A stretch of 64,000 nt of DNA from an uncultured Verrucomicrobiae bacterium (GTDB lineage: Bacteria; Verrucomicrobiota; Verrucomicrobiia; Limisphaerales; Palsa-1400): assembly GCA_963707025.1 (NCBI GenBank), contig CAVPOM010000004.1:1-64000 (forward strand), written 5' to 3'. Under the pieces are notes generated by a model. That model was not told where the DNA came from. It was given only the letters and a program-made list of their open reading frames with translations, and did no database searches. Shown piece by piece: positions 31,617-41,700 of this stretch (position 1 is its first letter; every line of letters starts with the position of its first letter). Both the position numbers and the translations under genes were made by a program.

Positions 31617-32687
31617 TTATCCTTCCGTCGAAAAACGGCAGAGGATGGTGTGGCGATAGGTTTGGCCGGGCTTGAGGATGGGGGAGGGAAAGTTGGGATG
31701 GTTGATGGCATCGGGGAAATGCTGGGTTTCCAGGCAAAAGCCATGACGGCGTTGATAGACCCACCCCCCTTTGCCGGTGATGGCCCCATCGAGAAAGTTG
31801 CCGCTGTAGAATTGCACGCCGGGCTGGGTGGAAAGCACCTCCAGCACCCGGCCGGAAGTCCGCTCGGCCACCCGCGCCACCACCTCCAACTGGTTGGCCG
31901 GTTTGCGGGCGACCCAGTTGTGATCGTAGCCGCCGCCGAATTTCAACTGGTCATCGTTCTCGTCAATGCGGGCGCCAATGGCGGCCGGCTGGCGGAAATC
32001 AAACGGGGTGCCGGCCACCGTTTGCATCCGCCCGGTGGGAATGAGCGAGCGGTCCACGGGGGTGAATTGATCGGCGTTGATCTGCAGGGCATGGTTGAGG
32101 ACATCGCCCCGGCCAGCCAGGTTGTAGTAGGAGTGCTGGGTGAGGTTGACGATGGTGTCCTGGTCGGTGGTGGCGGTCAAATCCAGCCGCAGCCCGTTGT
32201 CGGCCGTCAGCAGGTAAACGGCCTGGACGCGGAGGTTGCCGGGAAAACCCTCCTCGCCGTCCGGGCTGAGGTAGCTTAAGGCCACGGCGGGGCCTTCGGG
32301 CGTCATCCGCGGCGCGGCCTGCCAGACCACTTTGTCAAATCCCCGCAGCCCGCCGTGGAGGCAGTTGGGGCCGTTATTGACCGCGAGTTGGCGGGTGACG
32401 CCGGCCAGCGTGAAGCGGCCTTGGGCGATGCGGTTGCAGCAGCGCCCGACCAGGCAGCCAAAATAGGGGGTCGCTTTGAGATAACCGTCCAGGGTGTCGT
32501 AGCCCAGCACGACGTCGCCCAGCCGGCCCTGGCGGTCGGGCACCAGCCAGGCGGTGACGATGCCGCCGTAATTGGTCAGGCGGACTTCCACGCCCTGGGC
32601 GTTGCGCAGGGTGAAAAGCTCCGCGGCCGCTCCCTCGGGAGTCTGCCCGAAGGGGGCGCTGCTGATTTCCGCAGTGGATGTATTCAT
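31617..32687 (-). CDS. galM: Aldose 1-epimerase (galactose mutarotase)
   Basis: GR..NRI, LHGG..GFD, NLTQHSY, GYDHN, CLETQHFPD. Confidence 0.95.
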   Translation of the reverse strand: MNTSTAEISSAPFGQTPEGAAAELFTLRNAQGVEVRLTNYGGIVTAWLVPDRQGRLGDVVLGYDTLDGYLKATPYFGCLVGRCCNRIAQGRFTLAGVTRQLAVNNGPNCLHGGLRGFDKVVWQAAPRMTPEGPAVALSYLSPDGEEGFPGNLRVQAVYLLTADNGLRLDLTATTDQDTIVNLTQHSYYNLAGRGDVLNHALQINADQFTPVDRSLIPTGRMQTVAGTPFDFRQPAAIGARIDENDDQLKFGGGYDHNWVARKPANQLEVVARVAERTSGRVLEVLSTQPGVQFYSGNFLDGAITGKGGWVYQRRHGFCLETQHFPDAINHPNFPSPILKPGQTYRHTILCRFSTEG

Positions 32688-32739
32688 GGCGGCGATTTTG
32701 TCAGACCGGCGCGGCAAAAGCGAGTCCTGATCCGAACGC

Positions 32740-35010
32740 CTACTTAATGTCATTGACCAGCGTGGTCAGCGTTTGGCCCGGCAGGGTGAACTGGGCCGAT
32801 CCATTCTTGACGGTGACCGGCTCGAGCTTTGCCAGACCGCGCCTCCCATCTGTCACATACACGCTCATTTGCGTGACCGGGGCGGGCAATCCGGCCAGTG
32901 TGACCGGGCGGCCGGCGCCGTTGTTGACCAGGTGGACGGTATAAATCCGGCGGGACGGGTCCACACAAGCGGCGGGGAGGACCAGGCCGCTGTTGGAGTG
33001 GGCGGGGATCCAGGCCGAGCCGGCCGGGGCCAGGTTAAACTGCTTGAGGTTGTGGAACCGCTGCGCCGGCTGCAGCGCGCCGGCGGCATCGGACATGAGG
33101 ACGGAATAATCCTGGGTGAGCTGCCATTCCAGGATGGATTCAGGCTGGCAGAGGCGCATGATGCGGACGTACTCGGCGGCTTCGTCAAGCGCATACCAGG
33201 CCTCGCGGAAGACGTTGGGGTAAGTGGAGGCCTGGGCGTCGTTGCCGCCTTCGGCATCGAAGAGGGGGACGCCCAGTTTGGCAGCGGCGTCGGCCCATTT
33301 CTGATACTGTTCGTCGGTCGCGCCGCGCCAGGAATGGAAGGAGACGGCGCCGATGTATGGGACCGCATCGGAGTCGTTGAGGGAGGGCTGAATGAAACCG
33401 ACGGGCAGGGCGTCGCCGGTGTCACCGAGAAGCATCCGGGTCTTCAGCCCGATGGACTTGAAATACGCGCCCAGTTTTTTGATGGCTTCGGCGTGTTCTT
33501 GCGGGCTTTGCAGGACGTTGATGCCGATGTTGGATTCGTTGAAGCTGAAGTACTGCGGTTCCGCGCCGTAATGGGAGCGCAGGTAGAGGAGATAGGAGCC
33601 GATGGACTTGCAGATGGCGTCCCACTTGGCCGGGTCGAGGCGCTGCCCCCGCGCTCCGCCACCGCCGCGACCGCCGCCAGCGCCGTTGCCCTGCACGGCC
33701 CAAGAGGGAGGAAACCAGCAACTGATAATCATCGGGATGTTTTGCTTCGCCAGCTTCCCGGCGATCTCCATGGCCGGAGCGACCGAATTCATCCCAACGC
33801 TGCCGCCGCCGCGTCCGCCGCGCGCGGGAGGGGCGTTGGAGGCGCCGGCGGGAGGCTCTGCGGCACTCTCAGCGGCCAGGAGCGGGGGAGGCGAATTTTC
33901 CTCCGGCTGCCAGGTGTTCCACGGCATGGCCACGCGGCCGTAGGCGACGCGCATGTTGTCGAAGATGTATTGGATGACCTGGGCATCGCGCGGACTCTGG
34001 ATGCGGTAATTGCCGCCCATGCCGTCAAAAGTGCGACCCGGCTTGGAAGGATCAATCGTGACGGTGACGGGGCCGGTTTCGACATCGCCGGAAGCCTTGA
34101 GGGTGAAGTGCGATTCAAAGACCTGGCCGGCGGTGGTGTTGCCGGTGGCGATGGGAAAATAGACCTGAATATCCATGGCAGCGGGGTTGTTGCCGGTCGG
34201 GGCTTGCTGCACAACCACCCGGCGTATCTCGCCTTTCCCAAAACTCACTTGCACTTCCTCGTGGTTTTTCCCAGTAAGGCGAATTCCCGGGCAATCCGCC
34301 AACAGATAAAGCCCGTGGTGCCAAGGCTGTGGCGTCGTCAGCGCCATAGTCCACCGGCCTTCCCCGAAGTCCTTCATCCCCTGTTCCGCCTGATTCAGAA
34401 ATGGGGTGTTGGTTGTTTTCAACTGGTCTAAAGGAGGGGCCGCGTTGCTGAGAAGTCGGGCGCCGCCATTGGAGTAAACATCGAAGGGAAGGACCAGGAA
34501 GTAGTAAATGCCGGCAATGGTTTGATCCTCCAGCGAGGTGAGGCGGAGACTGACGTCGCAGGTGCCGGGAGCGGTGTCCGTATAGGTGATGGTGTAGTTG
34601 AAGCCGCTGGCGGCTCCTCCACGGCCGCCCCTTCCTCCGCGACGCCCAAAACCGCCGGCCAGGTTGGTTGCGCCGCTGTTGTTCGTCCCGGCGGCAACAT
34701 TGGTCGCGCCGCGCGGGCCGGCTCCGGCGCGCGGGCCGCCCGCGCCGTATTGCAGGTTTTCACCGACGGTGACGGCGTTGTTGCTGCGGACATATTGACT
34801 GGTGCGGGTGGGGCCTTCCCGCTGCGAGAGGGTGAGTTGGGTAAGATCCGGATTGTAAACTCCCACAGCGGTGGTGAAGGGCACGAGCTGGCCGCCTACC
34901 CGGATGCCGCGCAAATTGCCCCATCCGCTGACTTCGGCCTGGCCGGCAACCCGGTTGCAACAGATGGAGACAAACAACGACAGGGCAAAACAAAGCGTTC
35001 CTCTTTTCAT
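32740..35010 (-). CDS. Secreted clan GH-A glycoside hydrolase (GH30-like)
   Basis: Signal peptide; F.GMGGN, W.PP.W, SFNE (acid/base), AE (nucleophile), C-terminal beta domain ...LPGQTLTTL. Confidence 0.65.
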   Translation of the reverse strand: MKRGTLCFALSLFVSICCNRVAGQAEVSGWGNLRGIRVGGQLVPFTTAVGVYNPDLTQLTLSQREGPTRTSQYVRSNNAVTVGENLQYGAGGPRAGAGPRGATNVAAGTNNSGATNLAGGFGRRGGRGGRGGAASGFNYTITYTDTAPGTCDVSLRLTSLEDQTIAGIYYFLVLPFDVYSNGGARLLSNAAPPLDQLKTTNTPFLNQAEQGMKDFGEGRWTMALTTPQPWHHGLYLLADCPGIRLTGKNHEEVQVSFGKGEIRRVVVQQAPTGNNPAAMDIQVYFPIATGNTTAGQVFESHFTLKASGDVETGPVTVTIDPSKPGRTFDGMGGNYRIQSPRDAQVIQYIFDNMRVAYGRVAMPWNTWQPEENSPPPLLAAESAAEPPAGASNAPPARGGRGGGSVGMNSVAPAMEIAGKLAKQNIPMIISCWFPPSWAVQGNGAGGGRGGGGARGQRLDPAKWDAICKSIGSYLLYLRSHYGAEPQYFSFNESNIGINVLQSPQEHAEAIKKLGAYFKSIGLKTRMLLGDTGDALPVGFIQPSLNDSDAVPYIGAVSFHSWRGATDEQYQKWADAAAKLGVPLFDAEGGNDAQASTYPNVFREAWYALDEAAEYVRIMRLCQPESILEWQLTQDYSVLMSDAAGALQPAQRFHNLKQFNLAPAGSAWIPAHSNSGLVLPAACVDPSRRIYTVHLVNNGAGRPVTLAGLPAPVTQMSVYVTDGRRGLAKLEPVTVKNGSAQFTLPGQTLTTLVNDIK

Positions 35011-35273
35011 GGCGCTAAAGATTGCGGGTAAATGACCATCAAATAGAAGCGGCGGCAAGCCAATTTGGGTCTTGCGCGCCTCCGTTGCAGGCTTATTTGA
35101 CAAGATGCGCGCCGTTGGGTGGATTTTTTGCTTTCGTTATTTGTGGTTTTGCGGTTTGATGCTTGCATGTGTGAACGGCTTTGCGTCCCAATGTGGCATG
35201 GTCCCATAGATGATGTTCTCCGCCGGCCAGAGGGTGGGAGGGTTGATGCTGGAACTTTGAATGGATACCGCAG

Positions 35274-36296
35274 ATGATCCGCCTCAAAGACATCGCCGCC
35301 CAGGGGGGCGTATGCGTCATGACCGTGTCCAAGGCCTTGCGCGGCACGAGCGACGTGGCCGCGCCAACGCGGACCCGCCTGCGGGCGCTGGCCCAACAGA
35401 TGGGTTACGTGCCCGATTTCATGGCGCAAAGCATGCGCAACCGCACGACCAAACTGCTCGGCCTGGTCCTGCCCACGGTGGCCAATCCCATCGTGGGCCG
35501 CACCGTCTCCGCCATCGAAGAGCGGGCGCACGAACTGGGCTACGATCTGATTCTGATGCACCACCAGAACCTGGTGGAACGGGAGGAGGCCTGCCTGCGC
35601 CGGCTGCTGTCGCGGCGGGCGGACGGACTTTTTATCTTTCCGGTTTACCGAATGGCGCCCGCCTCCGCCATCTACGAGGACCTGGCGCGGCGCGGCACGC
35701 CGGTGGTGATCCTGGGGCAACGCGCCCCCTTCTGCGCCAATTTCCACAATGTGGAAACGGACGACGTGCGGGGCAGCGCGCTCATCACGGGGCATTTGCT
35801 GGAATTCGGCCACCGGAAAATTGCCTTCCTGTGCGGCCCCACCAGCGCGCCCTGGGCGCAGGAGCGGCTGGAAGGCTATCGCCGCGCCTTGCGGGAAGCC
35901 AAGGTGGAGTGGGACGACGGCCTGCTCTTCAATGCGGGCGCGACCCTGGAGGAAGGGGAAAAAGCCGCGCTGCAAATCTTGCAGGAGGCCCCGTCCGTCA
36001 CCGCCGTGCAGGCCGCCAGCGATTTGTCGGCCATGGGCGCGGCCAAGGTTTTTTTGAATCAAGGACTCCAGATTCCCAAGGACCTTTCGGTGGCCGGCTT
36101 TGGCAACATTCTCATGAGCGAATACTTCCGCGTGCCGCTCACCACCGTGCATCAGCCCAAATCGCGCCTGGGCGTGGCCGCGATGGAAATGATGCAAAAG
36201 CTCCTGCGGGGCGAGCCGGCCGAGGCGCGGCGTTTGCCGGCCGAAATCATCCTGCGCGCCAGCACCGGCCCGCCCAAGCGGCCGGCCCAGGGTTAG
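35274..36296 (+). CDS. LacI-family transcriptional regulator
   Basis: LKDIAAQGGVCVMTVSKAL, GHRKIA, IPKDLSVAGF, PLTTVHQP. Confidence 0.96.
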   Translation: MIRLKDIAAQGGVCVMTVSKALRGTSDVAAPTRTRLRALAQQMGYVPDFMAQSMRNRTTKLLGLVLPTVANPIVGRTVSAIEERAHELGYDLILMHHQNLVEREEACLRRLLSRRADGLFIFPVYRMAPASAIYEDLARRGTPVVILGQRAPFCANFHNVETDDVRGSALITGHLLEFGHRKIAFLCGPTSAPWAQERLEGYRRALREAKVEWDDGLLFNAGATLEEGEKAALQILQEAPSVTAVQAASDLSAMGAAKVFLNQGLQIPKDLSVAGFGNILMSEYFRVPLTTVHQPKSRLGVAAMEMMQKLLRGEPAEARRLPAEIILRASTGPPKRPAQG

Positions 36297-36348
36297 CCCG
36301 CCGGCGGAGGTTGCTCCAAGGAGATTAAGATTAAGATTAAGAATAGGA

Positions 36349-36690
36349 ATGGCCTCCAACAATAAGCCGGTACCGGCTGACAAGCCGCCAGAAACTCCGC
36401 CGGGGGATGGCCCGGTCGAATTGCCGATGGATGGAGTGCTGGATTTGCACACCTTCCGCCCGCGCGACCTTGGCGGGCTGATTCCCGACTGGCTGGCCGC
36501 CTGCCAGGAACGGGGCCTGCTGGAGTTGCGCATCATTCACGGCAAAGGCACGGGCAAGCTGCAGCGCAGCGTCCACGCCATTCTCGCCCGGCATCCCGAG
36601 GTGGCGCGCTATGGCCTGGCCGGGGCCCACTATGGCGGCAGCGGGGCGACCATCGTCCATCTGCGCCCTGCGCCGCGCTCAGAGGGGTGA
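36349..36690 (+). CDS. Stand-alone Smr-domain protein
   Basis: LDLH, RIIHGKGTG.L, GGSGAT.V. Confidence 0.9.
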   Translation: MASNNKPVPADKPPETPPGDGPVELPMDGVLDLHTFRPRDLGGLIPDWLAACQERGLLELRIIHGKGTGKLQRSVHAILARHPEVARYGLAGAHYGGSGATIVHLRPAPRSEG

Positions 36691-36721
36691 GGCGGCTTGC
36701 GTCAGAAACTTGGCGGCTGGC

Positions 36722-37664
<943 letters not shown>

Positions 37665-37668
<4 letters not shown>

Positions 37669-38208
37669 GTTCCGCCCTCCTGCTGCAGGATCACCTCGTC
37701 GGTGCCGCCTTCCTCGCGGAATCGGACGTTGATTCGCTCGCTCAGGGCGGTGGGCACGTTCTTTGCCGACGAAGTCCGCCTTGATGGGCAGTTCGCGGTG
37801 GCCGCGGTCAATCAGCACCGCCAGTTGGATTCTTTTGGGCCGGCCAAAATCGTTCAGCGCGTCCATCGCCGCGCGGGTGGTGCGCCCGCTGAAAAGCACG
37901 TCATCCACCAGCACGACCGTCTTGCCGGTCACATCAAAGGGAATGACGGTCGGCTGGATGGTGGGCGCGGCGCGCCGGTCCAGGTCGTCCCGGTGCATGC
38001 CCACGTCCATGCTGCCCACCGGCACCGGCTGCGACCAGATGCCGGAAAGAATGCCCGCCAGCCGATTGGCCAGGGGAACGCCGCCGCGATGAATGCCCAC
38101 CAGCACCACCTCGGCGCTGTTTTCGTTGCGTTCGGCGATTTCGTGCGCGATGCGCGTCAGCGCCCGCTGCATGGCCGCGGCATTAAGAATCATGGTTTCC
38201 TTGTGCAT
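37665..38208 (-). CDS. pyrR: Pyrimidine attenuation protein/uracil phosphoribosyltransferase; apparent +1 frameshift near 37762
   Basis: [41 protein letters not shown] then NVPT...EGGT* in the next frame; TGA overlaps the pyrB ATG. Confidence 0.95.
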
Positions 38209-38365
38209 AAAAAACGGACTGACAGGGCGGGCGGGCGGTCCCCGGCCCGCCGGGGGGGTGATGGGGTGATGAGTGCGGAGTGCCAAGCGCGCAGCTATGG
38301 CAGACGGCAGTCCTCTGCCCACCCTCGGGGTGATTGGCGCGCTCCATAAAATTGATATTCATCGG

Positions 38366-38396
38366 CCTTGGCGGTCTCTCGGGACCGCATTAAAGG
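38366..38396 (-). promoter_or_regulatory. PyrR-binding RNA loop in the pyr leader
   Basis: CCUUUAAUGCGGUCCCGAGAGACCGCCAAGG resembles the PyrR binding-loop pattern (UUUAA...UCC.G.GAG...AAGG), ~160 nt upstream of pyrR. Confidence 0.75.
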
Positions 38397-38477
38397 TTCC
38401 CGGCTCAGTCCGCGGGTGATTGTGGGAACAATCCGGGATTTTGCAAGTGTTTTTCCTGACACCAGACGATGGCGCGC

Positions 38478-38594
38478 AGTGGTGGAGTGATGGAGTGATG
38501 GGGCGCAGGAAATGCAGAATGCAGAATGCCTCCACCTTCGCCGGGCCTTCCACCTTCGCCGGGCCTACGGAGGACAGGACGGCGGACGGGAAAT
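38478..38594 (+). repeat. Composite intergenic repeat (gagtgatg units, aatgcag heptamers, ccttcgcc module)
   Basis: Related copies at 44506-44592 (+), 61103-61176 (-) and partially 11260-11283. Confidence 0.75.
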
Positions 38595-38789
38595 CACGGA
38601 GGGCAGAATCATGGCGGCAATGCCGGGGGAAGGCCACAGTGAGGGGAGTTGAATTCCGGAGAAAGGGGCTTGACGGGGGGGGCAATGTGTGCGTCTGTAG
38701 ATCGTACATTAGGCACGCTGATTGTTTCTTATTGTGAATATAAGGTGGTATGAAACCGACCTTGGTTCCAGGAAAGAGAACCGTTTTAG

Positions 38790-41700
38790 ATGAAAATGAA
38801 AATGTCGGTGCGGAAGCCGCTTGCTTTGGTTGCCAGCGGCTTGTTTTTATACGCCTTGAACCTGCACGGGCAGAGCGCCCCCGGCATCACCACCCAACCG
38901 CAAGGGCAATTCGCAACGAACGGACAACCGGCCGGCTTTAGCGTGGGCGCAAGCGGCGCCAGCCCGCTTCACTATCAGTGGCAATGGAATGGCGTGGCGC
39001 TGGCCGGAGCGACCAGTTCAAGCCTGGCGCTGACCGCGGTTACGAACGCGGGCAACATCACGGTCGTCGTCACCAACAGCGCGGGCAGCGTGACGAGCAG
39101 CGTGGCTGGGTTGGTCTTGATCGCGCCGCGAGCTTTGGCGGTGCTTCACACTTTCGGCTCGGTTGGGGACGGCGCCTGCCCGGATGGCCTGGTCTCATCA
39201 TCAAACTTGCTTTACGGGACTACTTACAGCGGAGGGATCTATGATGGCGGGTCGGTCTTTGCGGTGTACCCCGACGGCACCGATTACACCTTGCCTTACC
39301 AATTCACCGGAGGCACGGACGGTGGCAACCCACAGATTGGGTTGGCCATTGGGGATATTTGGAACGGCAACTCCGCCATCTATGGCACAGCGGCCAGCGG
39401 CGGCGCTGGCGGAGGCACCGTCTTTGCGGTCAATGGCAGCCACTCCGGGCAACTTTCAGGTCTGAAGGAGCTGACCGGTGTTCTGGGTTGGGGGGGTGGT
39501 GTTGTGAATTCCGTGTTTGGCTTCAATTATAGCGCCCTCCATATCCAGTTCGACGTGCTGGATGGCTTCACAGGCGGCTCCGATGGAGCCGGTCCGCAAG
39601 GGGGCTTGATCGAGTCAGGCGCCACGTTTTACGGGACAACGGGGCAGGGCGGATCCAGCGGCTACGGGACGGTGTATGCGGTGAACGACGATGCCAGTGG
39701 TTTCAGCACCCTCTACTCGTTCACCAACGGCGTGGACGGAGCCAGCCCGGAAGCCGGCTTGATTTTGGCGGGCACCACGCTCTACGGGACAACCTCGTCC
39801 GGCGGCGCAAACGCTCTGGGCACAGTGTTTTCAATCAATGCCAATGGAAGCGGTTTCAAAGCACTCCATACGTTCACCGGCGGTGGCGACGGGGCCAGCC
39901 CGCAGGCGGGATTGGTTTTGGGCAGGAATGTTTTATATGGGACAACCTCGTATGGCGGCGCCAGCGGTTGCGGGACGGTGTTTGCCGTCCATACCGACGG
40001 CACCGGATTCAAGACTCTTTATGCCTTCTCGGGCGGTCTGGACGGGGCCAATCCGGAAGCGGGATTGACCCTGGCGGGCGACACGCTCTACGGAACGGCG
40101 CGGTTTGGCGGCAACAACAACAACGGGACCGTGTTTTCCCTGGCCACGAACGGCGGCCTCATCGTGCTCTATGCCTTTACGGGTGGCGCCGATGGCGCGA
40201 ATCCCCCGCAGTCGGGTCTGATCGTGTCCGGCAACACCCTTTACGGTGTTGCCCAGGGCGGCGGCGCGAATCTGGCGGGGACGCTGTTCCGTCTTTCCCC
40301 GCTCGTCGAGATAATCCAGCAACCGGCGGGCGCCACCGTTTCCAGTGGTAGCGCGGCGTCCTTGACGGTCGTGGCCGCCGGCGTTCCACCGTTGGCCTAT
40401 CAATGGTGGTTTAACAGCAGTGCGATTGCGGGCGCCACCAACGCGAGTCTGACTCTGGCGGCGGCGGGAGCGAATAATACCGGCAGCTACATGGTGGTTG
40501 CCACCAACGCCTACGGAAGCGCGACCAGCAGCAACGGAGTGTTGACGGTGATTTCGGGGCTGCCGTCCATTGCCGCCCAGCCAGCCAGCGCGGTGGCGGG
40601 CCTGGGGCAGCCGGCGCAGTTTGGAGTCACCGCCTATGGCACCTGGCCGCTGGGCTACCAATGGCAGTTTAACGGCGGAGCGCTGGCGGGGGCGAACGGT
40701 TCGACCTTGAGTATTCCATCGGCCGCGGCCACGAACGCCGGAAGTTACAGCGTGATCATCAGCAACGACTTTGGCGCGGTGACCAGTTCTGTGGCGGCAT
40801 TGGCGGTGTACTCCGCGCCCGCCATCACGGTCCAGCCGCAAGGGGTGATGGTCTTGAACGGTTTGCCGGCGGAATTCGCCGTTTCGGTTTGCGGGGCCAT
40901 GCCGCTGGGCTGGCAATGGTTCTTGAACGGCAGCGCGCTGGATGGCGGCACCAATACAATGCTCAGCGTGCCGGACGTGACCTCGAGTGATGCTGGCTCT
41001 TACACGGTGGTGGTGAGCAATGCCTACGGAAGCGTCACCAGCAGCATTGCGGCTTTGACGATTGATCTGCCTCCCACGATTTTGGTTCCGCCGCAGAACC
41101 TGGTGGCCAACGCCGGTGAGACCGCGGCATTCAGTGTCAGTGCCTGCGGCACGGCGCCGCTGAGTTACACCTGGCTGTGCAATGGGGTTCCATTGGCAGG
41201 CGCCACCAATTCTGTCCTGACGCTGCAAGTGTCAACCAACAGCCCCGGCAATTACAGCGTGGTGGTCACCAACAACTGCGGCAGTGCGGCCAGCAGCGCG
41301 GCCATGTTGCTGGTGGAAGAGCCGCTGGCCTGTACCGTGCTGCATCCATTCGGGGTTGGCTGGGATGGCAACGGACCAAACTGCGGCCTGGTGTTGGGGG
41401 GGGGCCTCCTTTACGGCACAACGACAGAGGGGGGGACCAATAACGCCGGCACGGTGTTTTCCGCGAGCACCAGCGGCGGCAATTGCACGGTGCTCTACAG
41501 TTTCACCGGTGGGGCGGATGGAGCCAATCCTTACGGCCATCTGGTGCTCTCCGGCAATACGCTCTACGGAACCGCCTCGGGCGGCGGAGCCAACGGCAAT
41601 GGCTCGGTTTTTGCAATCCACACCAACGGCACCGGCTTCACCGTGCTCCATTCCTTTAACGGTGATGATGGCGCCAGCCCTCTGGCGGGCCTGGTCTTGT

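Noticed and set aside
36323..36340. (gattaa)x3, and the cggatcggt repeat at 20296-20319
   Set aside because: Short simple intergenic repeats with no evidence of function
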